Positions 15,001 through 30,000 of a stretch of 64,000 bases of DNA are shown piece by piece. The position numbers and the translations under genes are program-made. The notes under the pieces were generated by a model. That model searched no databases. It saw only the letters and a program-made list of their open reading frames with translations, and was not told the DNA's origin. This DNA comes from Eledone cirrhosa (lineage: Eukaryota). The stretch spans positions 10,788,001 through 10,852,000 of the forward strand of contig OZ024749.1 of NCBI GenBank assembly GCA_964016885.1, in the 5' to 3' direction. Position 1 is the stretch's first letter. Each line of letters starts with the position of its first letter.

Positions 15001-18000
15001 TGCTGTAAAGTAATTGGTGTTAAGAAGGGTATCAACTATAGAAACTAAGCTCTCAGTACCTGCTGTAAAGTGATTGGTGTTAGGAAGGGTATCAACTATA
15101 GAAACTAAGCTCTCAGTACATGCTGTAAAGTAATTGTTGTTAGGAAAGGTAACAACTATAGAAACTAAGCTCTTAGTACCGGCTGTAAAGTAATTGGTGT
15201 TAGGAAGAGTATCAACTATAGAAACTAAGCTCTCAGTACATGCTGTAAAGTAATTGGTGTTAGGAAGGGTATCAACTATAGAAACTAAGCTCTCAGTACA
15301 TGCTGTAAAGTAATTGGTGTTAGGAAGGGTATCAACTATAGAAACTAACCTCTCAGTACCTGCTGTAAAGTGATTGGTGTTAGGAAGGGTATCAACTATA
15401 GAAACTAAGCTCTCAGTACATGCTGTAAAGTGATTGATGTTAGGAAGGGTATCAACTATAGAAACTAAGCTCTCAGTACCTGCTGTAAAGTGATTGGTGT
15501 TAGGAAGGGTATCAACTATAGAAACTAAGCTCTCAGTACATGCTGTAAAGTGATTGGTGTTAGGAAGGGTATCAACTATAGAAACTAAGCTTTCAGTACA
15601 TGCTGTAAAGTAATTGGTGTTAGGAAGGGTATCAACTATAGAAACTAAGCTCTCAGTACCTGCTGTAAAGTAATTGGTGTTAGGAAGAGTATCAACTATA
15701 GACACTAAGCTCTCAGTACATGCTGTAAAGTAATTGGTGTTAGGAAGTGTATCAACTATAGAAACTAAGCTCTCAGTACATGCTGTAAAGTGATTGATGT
15801 TAGGAAGGGTATCAACTATAGAAACTAAGCTCTCAGTACATGCTGTAAAGTAATAGGTGTTAGGAAGGGTATCAACTATAGAAACTCAGCTCTCAGTATC
15901 TGCTGTAAAGTAATAGGTGTTAGGAAGGGTATCAACTATAGAAACTAAGCTCTCAGTACATGCTGTAAAGTAATTGGTGTTAGAAAGGGTATCAACTATA
16001 GCAACTAAGCTCTCAGTACATGCTGTAAAGTAATTGGTATTAGGAAGGGTATCAACTATAGAAACTAAGCTCTCAGTACATGCTGTAAAGTAATTGGTGT
16101 TAGGAAAGGTATCAACTATAGAAACTAAGCTCTCAGTACATGCTGTAAAGTAATTGGTGTTAGGAAGGGTATCAACTATAGAAACTAAGCTCTCAGTACC
16201 TGCTGTAAAGTAATTGGTGTTAGGAAGAGTATCAAGTATAGAAACTAAGCTCTCAGTACCTGCTGTAAAGTAATTGGTGTTAGGAAGGGTATCAACTATA
16301 GAAACTAAGCTCTCAGTACCTGTTGTAACGTAATAGGTGTTAGGAAGGGTATCAACTATAGAAACTAAGCTCTCAGTACCTGCTGTAAAGTAATTGGTGT
16401 TAAGAAGGGTATCAACTATAGACACTAAGCTCCTAGTACATGCTGTAAAGTGATTGGTGTTAGGAAGGGTATCAACGATAGAAACTAAGCTCTCAGTACA
16501 TGCTGTAAAGTGATTGGTGTTAGAAAGTGTATCAACTATAGAAACTAAGCTCTCAGTACATGCTGTAAAGTAATTGGTGTTAGGAAGGGTATCAACTATA
16601 GAAACTAAGCTCTCAGTACATGCTGTAAAGTAATTGGTGTTAGGAAGGGTATCAACTATAGAAACTAAGCTCTCAGTACCTGGTGTAAAGTAATTGGTGT
16701 TAGGAAGAGTATCAACTATAGAAACTAAGCTCTCAGTACATGCTGTAAAGTGATTGGTGTTAGGAAGGGTATCAACTATAGAAACTAAGCTCTCAGTACC
16801 TGCTGTAAAGTGATTGGTGTTAGGAAGGGTATCAACTATAGAAACTAAGCTCTCAGTACATGCTGTAAAGTGATTGGTGTTAGGAAGGGTATCATCTATA
16901 GAAACTAAGCTCTCAGTACATGCTGTGAAGTAATTGGTGTTAGGAAGGGTATCAACTATAGCAACTAAGCTCTCAGTACATGCTGTAAAGTAATTGGTGT
17001 TAGGAAGGGTATCAACTATAGAAACTCAGCTCTCAGTACCTGCTGTAAGGTGATTGGTGTTAGGAAGGGTATCAACTATAGAAACTAAGCTCTCAGTACA
17101 TGCTGTAAAGTGATTGGTGTTAGGAAGGGTATCAACTATAGAAACTAAGCTCTCAGTACATGCTGTAAAGTAATTGGTGTTAGGAAGGGTATCAACTATA
17201 GAAACTAACCTCGCAGTACATGGTGTAAAGTAATTGGTGTTAGGAAGGGTATCAACTATAGAAACTAAGCTCTCAGTACATGTTGTAAAGTAATTGGTGT
17301 TAGGAAGGGTATCTACTATAGAAACTAAGCTCTCAGTACATGCCATTAAGTGATTGGTGTTAGGAAGGGTATCAACTATAGAAACTAAGCTCTCAGTACA
17401 TGCTGTAAAGTGATTGGTGTTAGGAAGGGTATCAACTATAGAAACTAAGCTGTCAGTACATGCCATTAAGTGATTGGTGTTAGGAAGTGTATCAACTATA
17501 GAAACTAAGCTCTCAGTACATGCTGTAAAGTGATTGGTGTTAGGAAGGGTATCAACTATAGAAACTAAGCTCTCAGTACATGCTGAAAAGTGATTGGTGT
17601 TAGGAAGGGTATCAACTATAGAATTTAAGCTCTCAGTACATGCTGTAAAGTGATTGGTGTTAGGAAGGGTATCAACTATAAAAACTAAGCTCTCAGTACG
17701 TGGTGTAAAGTAATTGGTGTTAGGAAGGGTATCAACTATAGAAACTAAGCTCTCAGTACATGCCATTAAGTGATTGGTGTTAGGAAGGGTATCAACTATA
17801 GAAACTAAGCTCTCAGTACCTGCTGTAAAGTAATTGGTGTTAGGAAGAGTATCAACTATAGAAACTAAGCTCTCAGTACATGCTGTGTAGTAATTGGTGT
17901 TAGGAAGGGTATCAACTATAGAAACTAAGCTCTCAGTACCTGCTGTAAAGTGATTGGTGTTAGGAAGGGTACCAACTATAGAAACTAAGCTCTCAGTACA

Positions 18001-21000
18001 TGCTGTAAAGCGATTGATGTTAGGAAGGGTATCAACTATAGAAACTAAGCTCTCAGTACATGCTGTAAAGTGATTGGTGTTAGGAAGGGTATCAACTATA
18101 GAAACTAAGCTCTCAGTACATGCTGTAAAGTAATTGGTGTTAGGAAGGGTATCAACTATAGCAACTAAGCTCTCAGTACATGCTGTAAAGTAATTGGTGT
18201 TAGGAAGGGTATCAACTATAGAAACTAAGCTCTCAGTACATGCTGTAAAGTAATTGGTGTTAGGAAGGGTATCAACTATAGAAACTAAGCTCTCAGTACA
18301 TGCTGTAAAGTAATTGGTGTTAGGAAGGGTATCAACTATAGAAACTAAGCTCTCACTACATGCTGTAAAGTAATTGGTGTTAGGACGGCTATCAACTATA
18401 GAAACTAAGCTCTCAGTACCTGCTGTAAAGTGATTGGTGTTAGGAAGGGTATCAACTATAGAAACTAAGCTCTCAGTACATGATGTAAAGTGATTGGTGT
18501 TAGGAAGGGTATCAACTATAGAAACTAAGCTCTCAGTACATGCCATTAAGTGATTGGTGTTAGGAAGGGTATCAACTATAGAAACTAAGCTCTCAGTACA
18601 TGCTGTAAAGTGGTTGGTGTTAGGAAGGGTATCAACTATAGAAACAAAGCTCTCAGTACATGCCATTAAGTGATTGGTGTTAGGAATGGTATCAACTATA
18701 GAAACTAAGCTCTCAGTACATGCTGTAAAGTGATTGGTGTTAGGAAGGGTATCAACGATAGAAACTAAGCTCTCAGTACATGCTGTAAAGTGATTGGTGT
18801 TAGGAAGTGTATCAACTATAGAAATTAAGCTCTCAGTACATGCTGTAAAGTAATTGGTGTTAGGAAGGGTATCAACTATAGCAACTAAGCTCTCAGTACA
18901 TGCTGTAAAGTAATTGGCGTTAGGAAGGGTATCTACTATAGAAACTAAGCTCTCAGTACATGCCATTAAGTGATTGGTGTTAGGAATGGTATCAACTATA
19001 GAAACTAAGCTCTCAGTACATGCTGTAAAGTGATTGGTGTTAGGAAGGGTATCAACTATAGAAACTAAGCTCTCAGTACATGCTGTAAAGTGATTGGTGT
19101 TAGGAAGTGTATCAACTATAGAAACTAAGCTCTCAGTACATGCTGTAAAGTGATTGGTGTTAGGAAGGGTATCAACTATAGAAACTAAGCTCTCAGTACA
19201 TGCCATTAAGTGATTGGTGTTAAGAAGGGTATAAACTATAGAAACTAAGCTCTCAGTACATGTTGTAAAGTAATTGGTGTTAGGAAGGGTATCAACTATA
19301 GAAACTAAGCTCTCAGTACATGCCATTAAGTGATTGGTGTTAGGAAGGGTATCAACTATAGAAACTAAGCTCTCAGTACATGCTGTAAAGTGATTGGTGT
19401 TAGGAAGGGTATCAACTATAGAAACTAAGCTCTCAGTACATGCCATTAAGTGATTGGTGTTAGGAAGGGTATCAACTATAGAAACTAACCTCTCAGTACA
19501 TGCTGTAAAGTGATTGGTGTTAGGAAGGGTATCAACTATAGAAACTAAGCTCTCAGTACATGCCATTAAGTGATTGGTGTTAGGAAGGGTATCAACTATA
19601 GAAACTAGCCTCTCAGTACATGCTGTAAAGTGATTGGTGTTAGGAAGGGTATCAACTATAGAAACTAAGCTCTCAGTACATGCTGTAAAGTGATTGGTGT
19701 TAGGAAGTGTATCAACTATAGAAACTAAGCTCTCAGTACATGCTGTAAAGTGATTGGTGTTAGGAAGGGTATCAACGATAGAAACTAAGCTCTCAGTACA
19801 TGCTGTAAAGTGATTGGTGTTAGGAAGGGTATCAACTATAGAAACTAAGCTCTCAGTACATGCTGTAAAGTAATTGGTGTTAGGAAGGGTATCAACTATA
19901 GCAACTAAGCTCTCAGTACATGCTGTAAATTAATTGGTGTTAGGAAGGGTATCAACTATAGAAACTAAGCTCTCAGTACATGCTGTAAAGTAATTGGTGT
20001 TAGGAAGGGTATCAACTATAGAAGCTAAGCTCTCAGTACATGCTGTAAAGTAATTGGTGTTAGGAAGGGTATCAACTATAGACACTAAACTCTCAGTACA
20101 TGCTGTAAAGTAATTGGTGTTAGGAAGGGTATCAACTATAGAAACTAAGCTCTCAGTACATGCTGTAAAGTAATTGGTGTTAGGAAGGGTATCAACTATA
20201 GAAACTCAGCTCTCAGTACCTGCTGTAAAGTGATTGGTGTTAGGAAGGGTATCAACTATAGAAACTAACCTCTCAGTACATGCTGTAAAGTGATTGGTGT
20301 TAGGAAGCGTATCAACTATAGAAACTAAGCTCTCAGTACATGCTGTAAAGTGATTGGTGTTAGGAAGGGTATCAACTATAGAAACTAAGCTCTCAGTACA
20401 TGCTGTAAAGTGATTGGTGTTAGGAAGGGTATCAACTATAGAAACTAAGCTCTCAGTACCTGCTGTAATGTGATTGGTGTTAGGAAGGGTATCAACTATA
20501 GAAACTAAGCTCTCAGTACCTGCAGTAAAGTAATTGGTGTTAGGAAGAGTATCAACTATAGAAACTAAGCTCTCAGTACATGCTGTAAAGTGATTGGTGT
20601 TAGGAAGGGTATCAACTATAGAAACTAAGCTCTCAGTACCTGCTGTAAAGTTATTGGTGTTAGGAAGGGTATCAACTATAGAAACTAAGCTCTCAGTACA
20701 TGCTGTAAAGTGATTGGTGCTAGGAAGGGTATCAACTATAGAAACTAAGCTCTCGGTACATGCTGTGAAGTAATTGGTGTTAGGAAGGGCATCAACTATA
20801 GCAACTAAGCTCTCAGTACATGCTGTAAAGTAATTGGTGTTAGGAAGGGTATCAACTATAGAAACTCAGCTCTCAGTACCTGCTGTAAAGTGATTGGTGT
20901 TAGGAAGGGTATCAACTATAGAAACTAAGCTCTCAGAACATGCTGTAAAGTGATTGGTGTTAGGAAGGGTATCAACTATAGAAACTAAGCTCTCAGTACA

Positions 21001-24000
21001 TGCTGTAAAGTGATTGGTGTTAGGAAGGGTATCAACTATAGAAACTAAGCTCTCAGTACATGCTGTAAAGTGATTGGTGTTAGGAAGCGTATCAACTATC
21101 GAAACTAAGCTCTCAGTACATGCTGTAAAGTGATTGGTGTTAGGAAGGGTATCAACTATAGAAACTAAGCTCTCAGTACATGCTGTAAAGTGATTGGTGT
21201 TAGGAAGGGTATCAACTATAGAAACTAAGCTCTCAGTACATGCTGTAAAGTGATTGGTGTTAGGAAGGGTATCAACTATAGAAACTAAGCTCTCAGTACA
21301 TGCTGTAAAGTAATTGGTGTTAGGAAGGGTATCAACTATAGAAACTAAGCTCTCAGTACCTGCTGTAAAGTAATTGGTGTTAGGAAGGGTATCAACTATA
21401 GAAACTAAGCTCTCAGTACATGCCATTAAGTGATTGGTGTTAGGAAGGGTATCAACTATAGAAACTAAGCTCTCAGTACCTGCTGTAAAGTGATTGGTGT
21501 TAGGAAGGGTATCAACTATAGAAACTAAGCTCTCAGTACCTGCTGTAAAGTAATTGGTGTTAGGAAGAGTATCAACTATAGAAACTAAGCTCTCAGTACA
21601 TGCTGTGTAGTAATTGGTGTTAGGAAGGGTATCAACTATAGAAACTCAGCTCTCAGTACCTGCTGTAAAGTGATTGGTGTTAGGAAGGGTACCAACTATA
21701 GAAACTAAGCTCTCAGTACATGCTGTAAAGCGATTGGTGTTAGGAAGGGTATCAACTATAGAAACTAAGCTCTCAGTACATGCTGTAAAGTAATTGGTGT
21801 TAGGAAGGGTATCAACTATAGCAACTAAGCTCTCAGTACATGCTGTAAAGTAATTGGTGTTAGGAAGGGTATCAACTATAGAAACTAAGCTCTCAGTACA
21901 TGCTGTAAAGTAATTGGTGTTAGGAAGGGTATCAACTATAGAAACTAAGCTCTCAGTACGTGCTGTAAAGTAATTGGTGTTAGGAAGGGTATCAACTATA
22001 GAAACTCAGCTCTCAGTACCTGCTGTAAAGTGATTGGTGTTAGGAAGGGTATCAACTATAGAAACTAAGCTCTCAGTACATGCTGTAAAGTGATTGGTGT
22101 TAGGAAGGGTATCAACTATAGAAACTAAGCTCTCAGTACATGCTGTAAAGTGGTTGGTGTTAGGAAGGGTATCAACTATAGAAACAAAGCTCTCAGTACA
22201 TGCCATTAAGTGATTGGTGTTAGGAATGGTATCAACTATAGAAACTAAGCTCTCAGTACATGCTGTAAAGTGATTGGTGTTAGGAAGGGTATCAACGATA
22301 GAAACTAAGCTCTCAGTACATGCTGTAAAGTGATTGGTGTTAGGAAGTGTATCAACTATAGAAACTAAGCTCTCAGTACATGCTGTAAAGTAATTGGTGT
22401 TAGGAAGGGTATCAACTATAGCAACTAAGCTCTCAGTACATGCTGTAAAGTAATTGGCGTTAGGAAGGGTATCTACTATAGAAACTAAGCTCTCAGTACA
22501 TGCCATTAAGTGATTGGTGTTAGGAAGGGTATCAACTATAGAAACTAAGCTCTCAGTACATGCTGTAAACTGATTGGTGTTAGGAAGTGTATCAACTATA
22601 GAAACTAAGCTCTCAGTACATGCTGTAAAGTGATTGGTGTTAGGAAGGGTATCAACTATAGAAACTAAGCTCTCAGTACATGCCATTAAGTGATTGGTGT
22701 TAAGAAGGGTATAAACTATAGAAACTAAGCTCTCAGTACATGTTGTAAAGTAATTGGTGTTAGGAAGGGTATCAACTATAGAAACTAAGCTCTCAGTACA
22801 TGCCATTAAGTGATTGGTGTTAGGAAGGGTATCAACTATAGAAACTAAGCTCTCAGTACATGCTGTAAAGTGATTGGTGTTAGGAAGGGTATCAACTATA
22901 GAAACTAAGCTCTCAGTACATGCCATTAAGTGATTGGTGTTAGGAAGGGTATCAACTATAGAAACTAACCTCTCAGTACATGCTGTAAAGTGATTGGTGT
23001 TAGGAAGGGTATCAACTATAGAAACTAAGCTCTCAGTACATGCCATTAAGTGATTGGTGTTAGGAAGGGTATCAACTATAGAAACTAGCCTCTCAGTACA
23101 TGCTGTAAAGTGATTGGTGTTAGGAAGGGTATCAACTATAGAAACTAAGCTCTCAGTACATGCTGTAAAGTGATTGGTGTTAGGAAGTGTATCAACTATA
23201 GAAACTAAGCTCTCAGTACATGCTGTAAAGTGATTGGTGTTAGGAAGGGTATCAACGATAGAAACTAAGCTCTCAGTACATGCTGTAAAGTGATTGGTGT
23301 TAGGAAGGGTATCAACTATAGAAACTAAGCTCTCAGTACATGCTGTAAAGTAATTGGTGTTAGGAAGGGTATCAACTATAGCAACTAAGCTCTCAGTACA
23401 TGCTGTAAATTAATTGGTGTTAGGAAGGGTATCAACTATAGAAACTAAGCTCTCAGTACATGCTGTAAAGTAATTGGTGTTAGGAAGGGTATCAACTATA
23501 GAAGCTAAGCTCTCAGTACATGCTGTAAAGTAATTGGTGTTAGGAAGGGTATCAACTATAGACACTAAACTCTCAGTACATGCTGTAAAGTAATTGGTGT
23601 TAGGAAGGGTATCAACTATAGAAACTAAGCTCTCAGTACATGCTGTAAAGTAATTGGTGTTAGGAAGGGTATCAACTATAGAAACTCAGCTCTCAGTACC
23701 TGCTGTAAAGTGATTGGTGTTAGGAAGGGTATCAACTATAGAAACTAACCTCTCAGTACATGCTGTAAAGTGATTGGTGTTAGGAAGCGTATCAACTATA
23801 GAAACTAAGCTCTCAGTACATGCTGTAAAGTGATTGGTGTTAGGAAGGGTATCAACTATAGAAACTAAGCTCTCAGTACATGCTGTAAAGTGATTGGTGT
23901 TAGGAAGGGTATCAACTATAGAAACTAAGCTCTCAGTACCTGCTGTAATGTGATTGGTGTTAGGAAGGGTATCAACTATAGAAACTAAGCTCTCAGTACC

Positions 24001-27000
24001 TGCTGTAAAGTAATTGGTGTTAGGAAGAGTATCAACTATAGAAACTAAGCTCTCAGTACATGCTGTAAAGTGATTGGTGTTAGGAAGGGTATCAACTATA
24101 GAAACTAAGCTCTCAGTACCTGCTGTAAAGTTATTGGTGTTAGGAAGGGTATCAACTATAGAAACTAAGCTCTCAGTACATGCTGTAAAGTGATTGGTGC
24201 TAGGAAGGGTATCAACTATAGAAACTAAGCTCTCGGTACATGCTGTGAAGTAATTGGTGTTAGGAAGGGCATCAACTATAGCAACTAAGCTCTCAGTACA
24301 TGCTGTAAAGTAATTGGTGTTAGGAAGGGTATCAACTATAGAAACTCAGCTCTCAGTACCTGCTGTAAAGTGATTGGTGTTAGGAAGGGTATCAACTATA
24401 GAAACTAAGCTCTCAGTACATGCTGTAAAGTGATTGGTGTTAGGAAGGGTATCAACTATAGAAACTAAGCTCTCAGTACATGCTGTAAAGTGATTGGTGT
24501 TAGGAAGGGTATCAACTATAGAAACTAAGCTCTCAGTACATGCTGTAAAGTGATTGGTGTTAGGAAGCGTATCAACTATAGAAACTAAGCTCTCAGTACA
24601 TGCTGTAAAGTGATTGGTGTTAGGAAGGGTATCAACTATAGAAACTAAGCTCTCAGTACATGCTGTAAAGTGATTGGTGTTAGGAAGGGTATCAACTATA
24701 GAAACTAAGCTCTCAGTACATGCTGTAAAGTGATTGGTGTTAGGAAGGGTATCAACTATAGAAACTAAGCTCTCAGTACCTGCTGTAAAGTAATTGGTGT
24801 TAGGAAGGGTATCAACTATAGAAACTAAGCTCTCAGTACATGCCATTAAGTGATTGGTGTTAGGAAGGGTATCAACTATAGAAACTAAGCTCTCAGTACC
24901 TGCTGTAAAGTGATTGGTGTTAGGAAGGGTATCAACTATAGAAACTAAGCTCTCAGTACCTGCTGTAAAGTAATTGGTGTTAGGAAGAGTATCAACTATA
25001 GAAACTAAGCTCTCAGTACATGCTGTGTAGTAATTGGTGTTAGGAAGGGTATCAACTATAGAAACTCAGCTCTCAGTACCTGCTGTAAAGTGATTGGTGT
25101 TAGGAAGGGTACCAACTATAGAAACTAAGCTCTCAGTACATGCTGTAAAGCGATTGGTGTTAGGAAGGGTATCAACTATAGAAACTAAGCTCTCAGTACA
25201 TGCTGTAAAGTAATTGGTGTTAGGAAGGGTATCAACTATAGCAACTAAGCTCTCAGTACATGCTGTAAAGTAATTGGTGTTAGGAAGGGTATCACCTATA
25301 GAAACTAAGCTCTCAGTACATGCTGTAAAGTAATTGGTGTTAGGAAGGGTATCAACTATAGAAACTAAGCTCTCAGTACGTGCTGTAAAGTAATTGGTGT
25401 TAGGAAGGGTATCAACTATAGAAACTAAGCTCTCAGTACATGCTGTAAAGTGATTGGTGTTAGGAAGGGTATCAACTATAGAAACTAAGCTCTCAGTACA
25501 TGCCATTAAGTGATTGGTGTTAGGAAGGGTATCAACTATAGAAACTAGCCTCTCAGTACATGCTGTAAAGTGATTGGTGTTAGGAAGGGTATCAACTATA
25601 GAAACTAAGCTCTCAGTACATGCTGTAAAGTGATTGGTGTTAGGAAGGGTATCAACGATAGAAACTAAGCTCTCAGTACATGCTGTAAAGTGATTGGTGT
25701 TAGGAAGTGTATCAACTATAGAAACTAAGCTCTCAGTACATGCTGTAAAGTAATTGGTGTTAGGAAGGGTATCAACTATAGCAACTAAGCTCTCAGTACA
25801 TGCTGTAAAGTAATTGGCGTTAGGAAGGGTATCTACTATAGAAACTAAGCTCTCAGTACATGCCATTAAGTGATTGGTGTTAGGAATGGTATCAACTATA
25901 GAAACTAAGCTCTCAGTACATGCTGTAAAGTGATTGGTGTTAGGAAGGGTATCAACTATAGAAACTAAGCTCTCAGTACATGCTGTAAAGTGATTGGTGT
26001 TAGGAAGTGTATCAACTATAGAAACTAAGCTCTCAGTACATGCTGTAAAGTGATTGGTGTTAGGAAGGGTATCAACTATAGAAACTAAGCTCTCAGTACA
26101 TGCCATTAAGTGATTGGTGTTAAGAAGGGTATAAACTATAGAAACTAAGCTCTCAGTACATGTTGTAAAGTAATTGGTGTTAGGAAGGGTATCAACTATA
26201 GAAACTAAGCTCTCAGTACATGCCATTAAGTGATTGGTGTTAGGAAGGGTATCAACTATAGAAACTAAGCTCTCAGTACATGCTGTAAAGTGATTGGTGT
26301 TAGGAAGGGTATCAACTATAGAAACTAAGCTCTCAGTACATGCCATTAAGTGATTGGTGTTAGGAAGGGTATCAACTATAGAAACTAACCTCTCAGTACA
26401 TGCTGTAAAGTGATTGGTGTTAGGAAGGGTATCAACTATAGAAACTAAGCTCTCAGTACATGCCATTAAGTGATTGGTGTTAGGAAGGGTATCAACTATA
26501 GAAACTAGCCTCTCAGTACATGCTGTAAAGTGATTGGTGTTAGGAAGGGTATCAACTATAGAAACTAAGCTCTCAGTACATGCTGTAAAGTGATTGGTGT
26601 TAGGAAGTGTATCAACTATAGAAACTAAGCTCTCAGTACATGCTGTAAAGTGATTGGTGTTAGGAAGGGTATCAACGATAGAAACTAAGCTCTCAGTACA
26701 TGCTGTAAAGTGATTGGTGTTAGGAAGGGTATCAACTATAGAAACTAAGCTCTCAGTACATGCTGTAAAGTAATTGGTGTTAGGAAGGGTATCAACTATA
26801 GCAACTAAGCTCTCAGTACATGCTGTAAATTAATTGGTGTTAGGAAGGGTATCAACTATAGAAACTAAGCTCTCAGTACATGCTGTAAAGTAATTGGTGT
26901 TAGGAAGGGTATCAACTATAGAAGCTAAGCTCTCAGTACATGCTGTAAAGTAATTGGTGTTAGGAAGGGTATCAACTATAGACACTAAACTCTCAGTACA

Positions 27001-30000
27001 TGCTGTAAAGTAATTGGTGTTAGGAAGGGTATCAACTATAGAAACTAAGCTCTCAGTACATGCTGTAAAGTAATTGGTGTTAGGAAGGGTATCAACTATA
27101 GAAACTCAGCTCTCAGTACCTGCTGTAAAGTGATTGGTGTTAGGAAGGGTATCAACTATAGAAACTAACCTCTCAGTACATGCTGTAAAGTGATTGGTGT
27201 TAGGAAGCGTATCAACTATAGAAACTAAGCTCTCAGTACATGCTGTAAAGTGATTGGTGTTAGGAAGGGTATCAACTATAGAAACTAAGCTCTCAGTACA
27301 TGCTGTAAAGTGATTGGTGTTAGGAAGGGTATCAACTATAGAAACTAAGCTCTCAGTACCTGCTGTAATGTGATTGGTGTTAGGAAGGGTATCAACTATA
27401 GAAACTAAGCTCTCAGTACCTGCTGTAAAGTAATTGGTGTTAGGAAGAGTATCAACTATAGAAACTAAGCTCTCAGTACATGCTGTAAAGTGATTGGTGT
27501 TAGGAAGGGTATCAACTATAGAAACTAAGCTCTCAGTACCTGCTGTAAAGTTATTGGTGTTAGGAAGGGTATCAACTATAGAAACTAAGCTCTCAGTACA
27601 TGCTGTAAAGTGATTGGTGCTAGGAAGGGTATCAACTATAGAAACTAAGCTCTCGGTACATGCTGTGAAGTAATTGGTGTTAGGAAGGGCATCAACTATA
27701 GCAACTAAGCTCTCAGTACATGCTGTAAAGTAATTGGTGTTAGGAAGGGTATCAACTATAGAAACTCAGCTCTCAGTACCTGCTGTAAAGTGATTGGTGT
27801 TAGGAAGGGTATCAACTATAGAAACTAAGCTCTCAGAACATGCTGTAAAGTGATTGGTGTTAGGAAGGGTATCAACTATAGAAACTAAGCTCTCAGTACA
27901 TGCTGTAAAGTGATTGGTGTTAGGAAGCGTATCAACTATAGAAACTAAGCTCTCAGTACATGCTGTAAAGTGATTGGTGTTAGGAAGGGTATCAACTATA
28001 GAAACTAAGCTCTCAGTACATGCTGTAAAGTGATTGGTGTTAGGAAGGGTATCAACTATAGAAACTAAGCTCTCAGTACATGCTGTAAAGTGATTGGTGT
28101 TAGGAAGGGTATCAACTATAGAAACTAAGCTCTCAGTACATGCTGTAAAGTAATTGGTGTTAGGAAGGGTATCAACTATAGAAACTAAGCTCTCAGTACC
28201 TGCTGTAAAGTAATTGGTGTTAGGAAGGGTATCAACTATAGAAACTAAGCTCTCAGTACATGCCATTAAGTGATTGGTGTTAGGAAGGGTATCAACTATA
28301 GAAACTAAGTTCTCAGTACCTGCTGTAAAGTGATTGGTGTTAGGAAGGGTATCAACTATAGAAACTAAGCTCTCAGTACCTGCTGTAAAGTAATTGGTGT
28401 TAGGAAGAGTATCAACTATAGAAACTAAGCTCTCAGTACATGCTGTGTAGTAATTGGTGTTAGGAAGGGTATCAACTATAGAAACTCAGCTCTCAGTACC
28501 TGCTGTAAAGTGATTGGTGTTAGGAAGGGTACCAACTATAGAAACTAAGCTCTCAGTACATGCTGTAAAGCGATTGGTGTTAGGAAGGGTATCAACTATA
28601 GAAACTAAGCTCTCAGTACATGCTGTAAAGTAATTGGTGTTAGGAAGGGTATCAACTATAGCAACTAAGCTCTCAGTACATGCTGTAAAGTAATTGGTGT
28701 TAGGAAGGGTATCAACTATAGAAACTAAGCTCTCAGTACATGCTGTAAAGTAATTGGTGTTAGGAAGGGTATCAACTATAGAAACTAAGCTCTCAGTACG
28801 TGCTGTAAAGTAATTGGTGTTAGGAAGGGTATCAACTATAGAAACTCAGCTCTCAGTACCTGCTGTAAAGTGATTGGTGTTAGGAAGGGTATCAACTATA
28901 GAAACTAAGCTCTCAGTACATGCTGTAAAGTGATTGGTGTTAGGAAGGGTATCAACTATAGAAACTAAGCTCTCAGTACATGCTGTAAAGTGGTTGGTGT
29001 TAGGAAGGGTATCAACTATAGAAACAAAGCTCTCAGTACATGCCATTAAGTGATTGGTGTTAGGAATGGTATCAACTATAGAAACTAAGCTCTCAGTACA
29101 TGCTGTAAAGTGATTGGTGTTAGGAAGGGTATCAACGATAGAAACTAAGCTCTCAGTACATGCTGTAAAGTGATTGGTGTTAGGAAGTGTATCAACTATA
29201 GAAACTAAGCTCTCAGTACATGCTGTAAAGTAATTGGTGTTAGGAAGGGTATCAACTATAGCAACTAAGCTCTCAGTACATGCTGTAAAGTAATTGGCGT
29301 TAGGAAGGGTATCTACTATAGAAACTAAGCTCTCAGTACATGCCATTAAGTGATTGGTGTTAGGAAGGGTATCAACTATAGAAACTAAGCTCTCAGTACA
29401 TGCTGTAAAGTGATTGGTGTTAGGAAGGGTATCAACTATAGAAACTAAGCTCTCAGTACATGCTGTAAACTGATTGGTGTTAGGAAGTGTATCAACTATA
29501 GAAACTAAGCTCTCAGTACATGCTGTAAAGTGATTGGTGTTAGGAAGGGTATCAACTATAGAAACTAAGCTCTCAGTACATGCCATTAAGTGATTGGTGT
29601 TAAGAAGGGTATAAACTATAGAAACTAAGCTCTCAGTACATGTTGTAAAGTAATTGGTGTTAGGAAGGGTATCAACTATAGAAACTAAGCTCTCAGTACA
29701 TGCCATTAAGTGATTGGTGTTAGGAAGGGTATCAACTATAGAAACTAAGCTCTCAGTACATGCTGTAAAGTGATTGGTGTTAGGAAGGGTATCAACTATA
29801 GAAACTAAGCTCTCAGTACATGCCATTAAGTGATTGGTGTTAGGAAGGGTATCAACTATAGAAACTAACCTCTCAGTACATGCTGTAAAGTGATTGGTGT
29901 TAGGAAGGGTATCAACTATAGAAACTAAGCTCTCAGTACATGCCATTAAGTGATTGGTGTTAGGAAGGGTATCAACTATAGAAACTAGCCTCTCAGTACA

